A stretch of 64,000 bases of DNA from Eledone cirrhosa (Eukaryota): NCBI GenBank assembly GCA_964016885.1, contig OZ024741.1, forward strand, positions 391,654,001 to 391,718,000. The letters are read 5' to 3'. A program made the position numbers and the translations under genes. The notes beneath the pieces are model-generated. The model saw only the letters and a list, made by a program, of their open reading frames with translations, was not told where the DNA came from and did not search any database. Positions within the stretch are counted from its first letter, which is position 1; each line of letters begins with the position of its first letter. Positions 30,001-45,000 of this stretch are shown one piece after another.

Positions 30001-33000
30001 GTTAACTGGTCAAATCCAACTATTCAATGACCTAGTTACTAACAGTTAACTGGTCAAACCCAACTCTTCAATGATCTAGTTACTAACAGCTAACTGGTCA
30101 AACCCAACTATTCAATGACCTAGTTACTAACAGTTAACTGGTCAAGCCCAACTGTTCAATGACCTAGTTACTAACAGCTAACTGGTCAATCCCAACTATT
30201 CAATGACCTAGTTACTAACAGTTAACTGGTCAAACCGAACTATTCAATGATCTACTTACTAACAGCTAACTGGTCAAACCAAACTATTCAATGACCTAGT
30301 TACTAACAGCTAACTGGTCAAACTCAACTATTCAATGACCTAGTTACTAACAGTTAACTGGTCAAACCCAACTATTCAATGACCTAGTTACTAACAGTTA
30401 ACTGGTCAAACCCAACTATTCAATGACCTAGTTACTAACAGCAAACTGGTCAAACTCAACTATTCAATGACCTAGTTACTAACAGTTAACTGGTCAAACC
30501 CAACTATTCAATGACCTAGTTACTAACAGTTAACTGGTCAAACCCAACTATTCAATGACCTAGTTACTAACAGTTAACTGGTCAAACCCAACTATTCAAT
30601 GATCTAGTTACTAACAGCTAACTGGTCAAACCAAACTATTCAATGATCTAGTTACTAACAGCTAACTGGTCAAACCAAACTATTCAATGATCTAGTTACT
30701 AACAGCTAACTGGTCAGACCCAACTATTCAATGACCTAGTTTCTAACAGCTAACTGGTCAAACCCAACTATTAAATAACCTAGTTACTAACAGCTAACTG
30801 GTCAAACCAAACTATTCAATGTCCTAGCTACTAACAGTTAACTGGTCAAACCCAACTATTCAATGATCTAGTTAGTGACAGTTCACTGGTCAAACCCAAC
30901 TATTCAATGACCTAGTTACTAACAGTTAACTGGTCAAACCCAACTATTCAATGATCTAGTTACTAACAGCTAACTGGTCAAACCAAACTTTTCAATGACC
31001 TAGTTACTAACAGCTAACTGGTCAAACTCAACTATTCAATGACCTAGTTACTAACAGTTAACTGGTCAAACCCAACTATTCAATGACCTAGTTACTAACA
31101 GTTAACTGGTCAAACCCAACTATTCAATGACCTGGTTACTAACAGTTAACTAGTCAAACCCAACTATTCAATGACCTACTTACTAACAGATAACTGGTCA
31201 AACCCTACTATTCAATGACCTAGTTAATAACAGTTAACTGGTCAAACCAAACTATTCAATGACCTAGTTACTAACAGTTAACTGGTCAAACCCAACTATT
31301 CAATGACCTAGTTACTAACAGCTAACTGGTCAAACTCAACTATTCAATGACCTAGTTACTAACAGTTAACTGGTCAAAACCAACTATTCAATGATCTAGT
31401 TACTAACAGTTAACTGGTCAAACCCAACTATTCAATGACCTGGTTACTAACAGTTAACTGGTCAAAACCAACTATTCAATGACCTAGTTACTAACAGTTA
31501 ACTGGTCAAACCCAACTATTCAATGTTCTAGTTACTAACAGTTAACTGGTCAAACCAAACTATTCAATGACCTAGTTACTAACAGTTAACTGGTCAAACC
31601 CAACTATTCAATGACCTAGTTACTAACAGTTAACTGGTCAAACCCAACTATTCAATGTCCTAGTTACTAACAGTTAACTGGTCAAACCAAACTATTCAAT
31701 GACCTAGTTACTAACAGTTAACTGGTCAAACCAAACTACTCAATGACCTAGTTACTAACAGTTAACTGGTCAAACCAACTATTCAATGACCTAGTTACTA
31801 ACAGCTAACTGGTCAAACCCAACTATTCAATGACCTAGTTACTAACAGTTAACTGGTCAAACCCAACTATTCAATGATCTACTTACTAACAGCTAACTCG
31901 TCAAACCCAACTATTCAATGACCTAGTTACTAACAGCTAACTTGTCAAACCCAACTATTCAATGACCTAGTTACTAACAGTTAACTGGTCAAACTCAACT
32001 ATTCAATGACCTAGTTACTAACAGTTAACTGGTCAAACCCAACTATTCAATGACCTAGTTACTAACAGTTAACTGGTCAAACCCAACTATTCAATGACCT
32101 AGTTACTAACAGTTAACTGGTCAAACCCAACTATTCAATGATCTAGTTACTAACAGTTCACTGGTCAAACCCAACTATTCAATGACCTAGTTACTAACAG
32201 TTAACTGGTCAAACCCAACTATTCAATGATCTAGTTACTAACAGCTAACTGGTCAAACCAAACTATTCAATGACCTAGTTACTAACAGCTAACTGGTCAA
32301 ACTCAACTATTCAATGACCTAGTTACTAACAGCTAACTGGTCAAACCCAACTATTCAATGACCTAGTTACTAACAGTTAACTGGTCAAACCCAACTATTC
32401 AATGACCTGGTTACTAACAGTTAACTAGTCAAACCCAACTATTCAATGACCTAGTTACTAACAGTTAACTGGTCAAACCCTACTATTCAATGACCTAGTT
32501 ACTAACAGTTAACTGGTCAAACCAAACTATTCAATGACCTAGTTACTAACAGTTAACTGGTCAAAACCAACTATTCAATGATCTAGTTACTAACAGTTAA
32601 CTGGTCAAACCCAACTATTCAATGACCTGGTTACTAACAGTTAACTGGACAAAACCAACTATTCAATGACCTAGTTACTAACAGTTAACTGGTCAAACCC
32701 AACTATTCTATGATCTAGTTACTAACAGTTAACTGGTCAAACCCAACTATTCAATGACCTAGTTACTAACAGTTAACTGGTCAAACCCAACTATTCAATG
32801 ACCTAGTTACTAACAGTTAACTGGTCAAACCCAACTATTCGATGATCTACTTACTAACAGGTAACTGGTCAAACCAAACTATTCAATGACCTAGTTACTA
32901 ACAGTTAACTGGTCAAACCCAACTATTCAATGATCTAGTTACTAACAGCTAACTGGTCAAACCCAACTATTCAATGACCTAGTTACTAACAGTTAACTGG

Positions 33001-36000
33001 TCAAACCCAACTATTCAATGATCTAGTTACTAACAGTTAACTGGTCAAACCCAACTATTCAATGACCTAGTTACTAACAGTTAACTGGTCAAACCCAACT
33101 ATTCAATGACCTAGTTACTAACAGTTAACTGGTCAAATCAAACCATTCAATGACCTAGTTACTAACAGTTAACTGGTCAAATCCAACTATTCAATGACCT
33201 AGTTACTAACAGTTAACTGGTCAAACCCAACTCTTCAATGATCTAGTTACTAACAGCTAACTGGTCAAACCCAACTATTCAATGACCTAGTTACTAACAG
33301 TTAACTGGTCAAGCCCAACTGTTCAATGACCTAGTTACTAACAGCTAACTGGTCAATCCCAACTATTCAATGACCTAGTTACTAACAGTTAACTGGTCAA
33401 ACCGAACTATTCAATGATCTACTTACTAACAGCTAACTGGTCAAACCAAACTATTCAATGACCTAGTTACTAACAGCTAACTGGTCAAACTCAACTATTC
33501 AATGACCTAGTTACTAACAGTTAACTGGTCAAACCCAACTATTCAATGACCTAGTTACTAACAGTTAACTGGTCAAACCCAACTATTCAATGACCTAGTT
33601 ACTAACAGCTAACTGGTCAAACTCAACTATTCAATGACCTAGTTACTAACAGTTAACTGGTCAAACCCAACTATTCAATGACCTAGTTACTAACAGTTAA
33701 CTGGTCAAACCCAACTATTCAATGACCTAGTTACTAACAGTTAACTGGTCAAACCCAACTATTCAATGATCTAGTTACTAACAGCTAACTGGTCAAACCA
33801 AACTATTCAATGATCTAGTTACTAACAGCTAACTGGTCAAACCAAACTATTCAATGATCTAGTTACTAACAGCTAACTGGTCAGACCCAACTATTCAATG
33901 ACCTAGTTTCTAACAGCTAACTGGTCAAACCCAACTATTAAATAACCTAGTTACTAACAGCTAACTGGTCAAACCAAACTATTCAATGTCCTAGCTACTA
34001 ACAGTTAACTGGTCAAACCCAACTATTCAATGATCTAGTTAGTGACAGTTCACTGGTCAAACCCAACTATTCAATGACCTAGTTACTAACAGTTAACTGG
34101 TCAAACCCAACTATTCAATGATCTAGTTACTAACAGCTAACTGGTCAAACCAAACTTTTCAATGACCTAGTTACTAACAGCTAACTGGTCAAACTCAACT
34201 ATTCAATGACCTAGTTACTAACAGTTAACTGGTCAAACCCAACTATTCAATGACCTAGTTACTAACAGTTAACTGGTCAAACCCAACTATTCAATGACCT
34301 GGTTACTAACAGTTAACTAGTCAAACCCAACTATTCAATGACCTACTTACTAACAGATAACTGGTCAAACCCTACTATTCAATGACCTAGTTAATAACAG
34401 TTAACTGGTCAAACCAAACTATTCAATGACCTAGTTACTAACAGTTAACTGGTCAAACCCAACTATTCAATGACCTAGTTACTAACAGCTAACTGGTCAA
34501 ACTCAACTATTTAATGACCTAGTTACTAACAGTTAACTGGTCAAAACCAACTATTCAATGATCTAGTTACTAACAGTTAACTGGTCAAACCCAACTATTC
34601 AATGACCTGGTTACTAACAGTTAACTGGTCAAAACCAACTATTCAATGACCTAGTTACTAACAGTTAACTGGTCAAACCCAACTATTCAATGTTCTAGTT
34701 ACTAACAGTTAACTGGTCAAACCAAACTATTCAATGACCTAGTTACTAACAGTTAACTGGTCAAACCCAACTATTCAATGACCTAGTTACTAACAGTTAA
34801 CTGGTCAAACCCAACTATTCAATGTCCTAGTTACTAACAGTTAACTGGTCAAACCAAACTATTCAATGACCTAGTTACTAACAGTTAACTGGTCAAACCA
34901 AACTATTCAATGACCTAGTTACTAACAGTTAACTGGTCAAACCAACTATTCAATGACCTAGTTACTAACAGCTAACTGGTCAAACCCAACTATTCAATGA
35001 CCTAGTTACTAACAGTTAACTGGTCAAACCCAACTATTCAATGATCTACTTACTAACAGCTAACTGGTCAAACCCAACTATTCAATGACCTAGTTACTAA
35101 CAGCTAACTTGTCAAACCCAACTATTCAATGACCTAGTTACTAACAGTTAACTGGTCAAACCCAACTATTTATTATCTAGTTACTAACAGCTAACTGGTC
35201 AAACCCAACTATTCAATGACCTAGTTACTAACAGTTAACTGGTCAAACCCAACTATTCAATGACCTAGTTACTAACAGCTAACTGGTCAAACCCAACTAT
35301 TCAATGACCTAGTTACTAACAGCTAACTTGTCAAACCCAACTATTCAATGACCTAGTTACTAACAGCTAGCTTGTCAAACCCAACTATTCAATGACCTAG
35401 TTACAAACAGTTAACTGGTCAAACCCAACTATTTAATGATCTAGTTACTAACAGCTAACTGGTCAAACCCAAATATTCAATGACATAGTTACTAACAGTT
35501 AACTGGTCAAACCAAACTATTCAATGACCTAGTTACTAACAGCTAACTTGTCAAACCCAACTGTTCAATGACATAGTTACTAACAGCTAACTGGTCAAAC
35601 CCAACTATTCAATGACCTAGTTACTAACAGCTAACTGGTCAAACCCAACTATTCAATGATCTAGTTACTAACAGCTAACTGGTCAAACCCAACTATTCAA
35701 GTACCTAGTTACTAACAGTTAACTGGTCAAACCCAACTATTCAATGACCTAGTTACTAACAGCTAACTGGTCAAACCCGACTATTCAATGACCTAGTTAC
35801 TAACAGCTAACTGGTCAAACCCAACTATTCAATGACCTAGTTACTAACAGCTAACTTGTCAAACCCAACTATTCAATGACCTAGTTACTAACAGCTAACT
35901 GGTCAAACCCAACTATTAAATGACCTAGTTACTAACAGTTAACTGGTCAAACCCAACTATTCAATGACCTAGTTACTAACAGTTAACTGGTCAAACCAAA

Positions 36001-39000
36001 CTATTCAATGACCTAGTTATTAACAGATAACTGGTCAAACCCAACTATGCAATGATCTAGTTACTAACAGTTAACTGGTCAAACCCAACTATTCAATGAC
36101 CTAGTTACTAACAGCTAACTGGTCAAACCCAACTATTCAATGACCTAGTTACTAACAGTTAACTGTTCAAACCCAACTATTCAATGACCTAGTTACTAAC
36201 AGTTAACTGGTCAAACCCAACTATTCAATGACCTAGTTACTAACAGCTAACTGGTCAAACCCAACTATTCAAGGATCTAGTTACTAACAGTTAACTGGTC
36301 AACCCCAACTATTCAATGACCTAGTTACTAACAGTTAACTGGTCAAACCCAAATATACAATGATCTAGTTACTAACAGCTAACTGGTCAAACCCAACTAT
36401 TCAATTACCTTGTTACTAACAGCTAACTGGTCAAACCCAACTATTCAGTGACCTAGTTATTTACAGTTAACTAGTCAAACCCAACTATTCAATGACCTAG
36501 TTACTAACAGTTAACTGGTCAAACCCAACTATTCAATGACCTAGTTACTAACAGTTAACTGGTCAAACCCAACTATTCAATGACCTAGTTACTAACAGTT
36601 AACTGGTCAAACCCAACTATTCAATGACCTAGTTACTAACAGCTAACTGGTCAAACCCAACTATTCAATGACCTAGTTACTAACAGCTAACTGGTCAAAC
36701 CCAACTATTCAATGACCTAGTTACTAACAGCTAACTGGTCAAACCCAAGTATTCAATGATCTAGTTACTAACAGTTAACTGGTCAAACCCAACTATTCAA
36801 TGTTCTAGTTACTAACAGTTAACTGGTCAAACCCAACTATTCAATGACCTAGTTACTAACAGTTAACTGGTCAAACCCAACTATTCAATGACCTAGTTAC
36901 TAACAGTTAACTGGTCAAACCCAACTATTCAATGTCCTAGTTACTAACAGTTAACTGGTCAAACCAAACTATTTAATGACCTAGTTACTAACAGTTAACT
37001 GGTCAAACCAAACTATTCAATGACCTAGTTACTAACAGTAAACTGGTCAAACCCAACTATTCAATGATCTAGTTACTAACAGCTAACTGGTCAAACCCAA
37101 CTATTCAATGACCTAGTTACTAACAGTTAACTGGTCAAACCCAACTATTCAATGATCTACTTACTAACAGCTAACTGGTCAAACCCAACTATTCAATGAC
37201 CTAGTTACTAACAGCTAACTTATCAAACCCAACTATTCAATGACCTAGTTACTAACAGCTAGCTTGTCAAACCCAACTATTCAATGACCTAGTTACAAAC
37301 AGTTAACTGGTCAAACCCAACTATTTAATGATCTAGTTACTAACAGCTAACTGGTCAAACCCAACTATTCAATGAGATAGTTACTAACAGTTAACTGGTC
37401 AAACCAAACTATTCAATGACCTAGTTACTAACAGCTAACTTGTCAAACCCAACTGTTCAATGACATAGTTACTAACAGCTAACTGGTCAAACCCAACTAT
37501 TCAATGACCTAGTTACTAACAGCTAACTGGTCAAACCCAACTATTCAATGATCTAGTTACTAACAGCTAACTGGTCAAACCCAACTATTCAAGTACCTAG
37601 TTACTAACAGTTAACTGGTCAAACCCAACTATTCAATGACCTAGTTACTAACAGCTAACTGGTCAAACCCGACTATTCAATGACCTAGTTACTAACAGCT
37701 AACTGGTCAAACCCAACTATTCAATGACCTAGTTACTAACAGCTAACTTGTCAAACCCAACTATTCAATGACCTAGTTACTAACAGCTAACTGGTCAAAC
37801 CCAACTATTCAATGACCTAGTTACTAACAGCTAACTGGTCAAACCCAACTATTCAATGACCTAGTTACTAACAGCTAACTTGTCAAACCCAACTATTCAA
37901 TGACCTAGTTACTAACAGCTAACTTGTCAAACCCAACTATTCAATGACCTAGTTACTAACAGCTAACTGGTCAAACCCAACTATTCAATGACCTAGTTAC
38001 TAACAGCTAACTTGTCAAACCCAACTATTCAATGACCTAGTTACTAACAGCTAACAGGTGAAACCCATCTATTCAATGACCTAGTTACTAACAGCAAAAT
38101 GTTCAAACCCAACTATTCAATGATCTAATTACTAACAGCTAACTGGTCAAACCCAACTATTCAATGACCTAGTTACTAACAGTTAACTGGTCAAACCCAA
38201 CTATTCAATGACCTAGTTACTAACAGCTAACTGGTCAAACCCAAATATTTAATGACCTAGTTACTAACAGCTAACTGGTCAAACCCAACTATTCAATGAC
38301 ATAGTTACTAACAGCTAACTGGTCAAACCCAACTATTCAATGACCTAGTTACTAACAGCTAACTAGTCAAACCCAACTATTCAATGATCTAGTTACTAAC
38401 AGTTAACTGGTCAAACCCAACTATTCAATGACCTAGTTACTAACAGCTAACTGGTCAAATCCAACTATTCAATGATCTAGTTACTAACAGTTAACTGGTC
38501 AAACCCAACTATTCAATGACCTAGTTATTAACAGCTAACTGGTCAAACCCAACTATTCAATGATCTAGTTACTAACAGCTAACTGGTCAAACCCAACTAT
38601 TCAATGACCTAGTTACTAACAGTTACCTGGTCAAACCCAACTATTCAATGATCTAGTTACTAACAGCTAACTGGTCAAACCCAACTATTCAATGACCTAG
38701 TTACTAACAGTTAACTGGTCAAACCCAACTATTCAATGATCTAGTTACTAACAGTTAACTGGTCAAACCCAACTATTCAATGACCTTGTTACTAACAGCT
38801 AACTGGTCAAACCCAACTATTCAATGATCTAGTTACTAACAGCTAACTGGTCAAACCCAACTATTCAATGACCTAGTTACTAACAGTTAACTGGTCAAAC
38901 CCAACTATTCAATGACCTAGTTACTAACAGCTAACTGGTCAAACCCAACTATTCAATGATCTAGTCACTAACAGCTAACTGGTCAAACCCAACTATTCAA

Positions 39001-42000
39001 TGATCAAGTTACTAACAGCTAACTGGTCAAACCCAACTATTCAATGATCTAGTTACTAACAGCTAACTGGTCAATCCAAACTATTCAATGATCTAGTTAC
39101 TAACAGTTAACTGGTCAAACCAACTATTCAATGACCTAGTTACTGACAGTTAACTGGTCAAACCCAACTATTCAATGACCTAGTTACTAACAGCAAACTG
39201 GTCAAACCCAACTATTCAATGATCTAGTTACTAACAGTTAACTGGTCAAACCCAACTATTCAATGACCTAGTTACTAACAGCTACCGGGTCAAACCCAAC
39301 TATTCAATGATCTAGTTACTAACAGTTAACTGGTCAAACCAACTATTCAATGACCTAGTTACTAACAGTTAACTGGTCAAACCCAACTATTCAATGACGT
39401 ACTTACTAACAGCTAATTGGTCAAACCCAACTATTCAATGACCTAGTTACTAACAGTTAACTAGTCAAACCCAACTATTCAATGACCTAGTTACTAACAG
39501 CTAACTGGTCAAACCCAACTATTCAATGATCTAGTTACTAACAGCTAACTGGTCAAACCCAACTATTCAATGACCTAGTTACTAACAGTTAACTGGTCAA
39601 ACCCAACTATTCAATGACCTAGTTACTAACAGCTAACTGGTCAAACCCAACTATTCAATGATCTAGTCACTAACAGCTAACTGGTCAAACCCAACTATTC
39701 AATGATCTAGTTACTAACAGCTAACTGGTCAAACCCAACTATTCAATGACCTAGTTACTAACAGTTAACTGGTCAAACCCAACTATTCAATGACCTAGTT
39801 ACTAACAGTTAACTGGTCAAACCCAACTATTCAATGATCTAGTTACTAACAGTTAACTGGTCAAACCCAACTATTCAATGACCTAGTTACTAACAGCTAA
39901 CTGGTCAAACCCAACTATTCCATGATCTAGTTACTAACAGCTAACTGGTCAAACCCAACTATTCAATGATCTAGTTACTAACAGCTTACTGGTCAAACCC
40001 AACTATTCAATGACCTAGTTACTAACAGCTAAGTGGTCAAACCCAACTATTCAATGATCTAGTTACTAACAGTTAACCGGTCAAACCCAAATATTCAATG
40101 ATCTAGTTACTAACAGCTAACTGGTCAAACCCAACTATTCAATGACCTAGTTACTAACAGCTAACTGGTCAAACCCAACTATTCAATGACCTAGTTACTA
40201 ACAGTTAACTGGTCAAACCCAAATATTCAATGATCTAGTTACTAACAGCTAACTGGTCAAACCCAAATATTCAATGACCTAGTTACTAACAGCTAACTGG
40301 TCAAACCCAACTATTCAATGACCTAGTTACTAACAGCTAACTGTTCAAACCCAACTATTCAATGATCTAGTTACTAACAGCTAACCGGTCAATCCAAACT
40401 ATTCAATGATCTAGTTACTAACAGTTAACTGGTCAAACCAACTATTCAATGACCTAGTTACTGACAGTTAACTGGTCAAACCCAACTATTCAATGACCTA
40501 GTTACTAACAGCAAACTGGTCAAACCCAACTATTCAATGATCTAGTTACTAACAGTTAACTTGTCAAACCCAACTATTCAATGACCTAGTTACTAACAGC
40601 TACCTGGTCAAACCCAACTATTCAATGATCTAGTTACTAACAGTTAACTGGTCAAACCCAACTATTCAATGACCTAGTTACTAACAGTTAACTGGTCAAA
40701 CCCAACTATTCAATGACCTAGTTACTAACAGCTAACTGGTCAAACCCAACTATTCAATGACCTAGTTACTAACAGCTAACTGGTCAAACCCAACTATTCA
40801 ATGACCTAGTTACTAACAGCTAACTGGTCAAACCCAAGTATTCAATGATCTAGTTACTAACAGTTAACTGGTCAAACCCAACTATTCAATGTTCTAGTTA
40901 CTAACAGTTAACTGGTCAAACCCAACTATTCAATGACCTAGTTACTAACAGTTAACTGGTCAAACCCAACTATTCAATGACCTAGTTACTAACAGTTAAC
41001 TGGTCAAACCCAACTATTCAATGTCCTAGTTACTAACAGTTAACTGGTCAAACCAAACTATTTAATGACCTAGTTACTAACAGTTAACTGGTCAAACCAA
41101 ACTATTCAATGACCTAGTTACTAACAGTAAACTGGTCAAACCCAACTATTCAATGATCTAGTTACTAACAGCTAACTGGTCAAACCCAACTATTCAATGA
41201 CCTAGTTACTAACAGTTAACTGGTCAAACCCAACTATTCAATGATCTACTTACTAACAGCTAACTGGTCAAACCCAACTATTCAATGACCTAGTTACTAA
41301 CAGCTAACTTATCAAACCCAACTATTCAATGACCTAGTTACTAACAGCTAGCTTGTCAAACCCAACTATTCAATGACCTAGTTACAAACAGTTAACTGGT
41401 CAAACCCAACTATTTAATGATCTAGTTACTAACAGCTAACTGGTCAAACCCAACTATTCAATGAGATAGTTACTAACAGTTAACTGGTCAAACCAAACTA
41501 TTCAATGACCTAGTTACTAACAGCTAACTTGTCAAACCCAACTGTTCAATGACATAGTTACTAACAGCTAACTGGTCAAACCCAACTATTCAATGACCTA
41601 GTTACTAACAGCTAACTGGTCAAACCCAACTATTCAATGATCTAGTTACTAACAGCTAACTGGTCAAACCCAACTATTCAAGTACCTAGTTACTAACAGT
41701 TAACTGGTCAAACCCAACTATTCAATGACCTAGTTACTAACAGCTAACTGGTCAAACCCGACTATTCAATGACCTAGTTACTAACAGCTAACTGGTCAAA
41801 CCCAACTATTCAATGACCTAGTTACTAACAGCTAACTTGTCAAACCCAACTATTCAATGACCTAGTTACTAACAGCTAACTGGTCAAACCCAACTATTCA
41901 ATGACCTAGTTACTAACAGCTAACTGGTCAAACCCAACTATTCAATGACCTAGTTACTAACAGCTAACTTGTCAAACCCAACTATTCAATGACCTAGTTA

Positions 42001-45000
42001 CTAACAGCTAACTTGTCAAACCCAACTATTCAATGACCTAGTTACTAACAGCTAACTGGTCAAACCCAACTATTCAATGACCTAGTTACTAACAGCTAAC
42101 TTGTCAAACCCAACTATTCAATGACCTAGTTACTAACAGCTAACAGGTGAAACCCATCTATTCAATGACCTAGTTACTAACAGCAAAATGTTCAAACCCA
42201 ACTATTCAATGATCTAATTACTAACAGCTAACTGGTCAAACCCAACTATTCAATGACCTAGTTACTAACAGTTAACTGGTCAAACCCAACTATTCAATGA
42301 CCTAGTTACTAACAGCTAACTGGTCAAACCCAAATATTTAATGACCTAGTTACTAACAGCTAACTGGTCAAACCCAACTATTCAATGACCTAGTTACTAA
42401 CAGCTAACTGGTCAAACCCAACTATTCAATGACCTAGTTACTAACAGCTAACTAGTCAAACCCAACTATTCAATGATCTAGTTACTAACAGTTAACTGGT
42501 CAAACCCAACTATTCAATGACCTAGTTACTAACAGCTAACTGGTCAAATCCAACTATTCAATGATCTAGTTACTAACAGTTAACTGGTCAAACCCAACTA
42601 TTCAATGACCTAGTTACTAACAGCTAACTGGTCAAACCCAACTATTCAATGATCTAGTTACTAACAGCTAACTGGTCAAACCCAACTATTCAATGACCTA
42701 GTTACTAACAGTTACCTGGTCAAACCCAACTATTCAATGATCTAGTTACTAACAGCTAACTGGTCAAACCCAACTATTCAATGACCTAGTTACTAACAGC
42801 TAACTGGTCAAACCCAACTATTCAATGACCTAGTTACTAACAGTTATCTGGTTAAACCCAAATATTCAATGATCTAGTTACTAACAGCTAACTGGTCAAA
42901 CCCAACTATTCAATGACCTAGTTACTAACAGCTAACTGTTCAAACCCAACTATTCAATGATCTAGTTACTAACAGCTAACCGGTCAATCCAAACTATTCA
43001 ATGACCTAGTTACTAACAGTTAACTGGTCAAACCAACTATTCAATGACCTAGTTACTGACAGTTAACTGGTCAAACCCAACTATTCAATGACCTAGTTAC
43101 TAACAGCAAACTGGTCAAACCCAACTATTCAATGATCTAGTTACTAACAGTTAACTTGTCAAACCCAACTATTCAATGACCTAGTTACTAACAGCTACCT
43201 GGTCAAACCCAACTATTCAATGATCTAGTTACTAACAGTTAACTGGTCAAACCAACTATTCAATGACCTAGTTATTAACAGTTAACTGGTCAAACCCAAC
43301 TATTCAATGACGTACTTACTAACAGCTAATTGGTCAAACCCAACTATTCAATGACCTAGTTACTAACAGTTAACTAGTCAAACCCAACTATTCAATGACC
43401 TAGTTACTAACAGTTAACTGGTCAAACCCAACTATTCAATGACCTAGTTACTAACAGTTAACTGGTCAAACCCAACTATTCAATGACCTAGTTACTAACA
43501 GTTAACTGGTCAAACCCAACTATTCAATGACCTAGTTACTAACAGCTAACTGGTCAAACCCAACTATTCAATGACCTAGTTACTAACAGCTAACTGGTCA
43601 AACCCAACTATTCAATGACCTAGTTACTAACAGCTAACTGGTCAAACCCAACTATTCAATGATCTAGTTACTAACAGTTAACTGGTCAAACCAACTATTC
43701 AATGACCTAGTTACTAACAGCTAACTGGTCAAACCCAACTATTCAATGACCTAGTTACTAACAGCTAACTGGTCAAACCAAACTATTCAATGACCTATTT
43801 ACTAACAGCTAACTGGTCAAACCCAACTATTCAATGACCTAGTTACTAACAGCTAACTGGTCAAACCCAACTATTCAATGATCTAGTTACTAACAGTTAA
43901 CTGGTCAAACCCAACTATTCAATGACCTAGTTACTAACAGCTAACTGGTCAAATCCAACTATTCAATGATCTAGTTACTAACAGTTAACTGGTCGAACCC
44001 AACTATTCAATGACCTAGTTACTAACAGCTAACTGGTCAAACCCAACTATTCAATGATCTAGTTACTAACAGCTAACTGGTCAAACCCAACTATTCAATG
44101 ACCTAGTTACTAACAGCTAACTGGTCAAACCCAAATATTCAATGACCTAGTTACTAACAGCTAACTGGTCAAACCCAACTATTCAATGATCTAGTTACTA
44201 ACAGCTAACTGGTCAAACCCAACTATTCAATGACCTAGTTACTAACAGTTAACTGGTCAAACCCAACTATTCAATGACCTAGTTACTAACAGCTAACTGG
44301 TCAAACCCAACTATTCAATGATCTAGTCACTAACAGCTAACTGGTCAAACCCAACTATTCAATGATCTAGTTACTAACAGCTAACTGGTCAAACCCAACT
44401 ATTCAATGACCTAGTTAGTAACAGTTAACTGGTCAAACCCAACTATTCATTGACCTAGTTACTAACAGCAAACTGGTCAAACCCAACTATTCAATGATCT
44501 AGTTACTAACAGCAAACTGGTCAAACCCAACTATTCAATGATCTAGTTACTAACAGCTAACTGGTCAAACCCAACTATTCAATGACCTGGTTACTAACAG
44601 CTAACTGGTCAAACCCAACTATTCAATGATCTAGTTACTAACAGTTAACTGGTCAAACCCAACTATTCAATGACCTAGTTACTAACAGCTAACTGGTCAA
44701 ATACAACTATTCAATGATCTAGTTACTAACAGTTAACTGGTCAAACCCAACTATTCAATGACCTAGTTACTAACAGCTAACTGGTCAAACCCAACTATTC
44801 AATGATCTAGTTACTAACACCTAACTGGTCAAACCCAACTATTCAATGACCTAGTTACTAACAGTTACCCGGTCAAACCCAACTATTCAATGATCTAGTT
44901 ACTAACAGCTAACTGGTCAAACCCAACTATTCAATGACCTAGTTACTAACAGTTAACTGGTCAAACCCAACTATTCAATGATCTAGTTACTAACAGTTAA

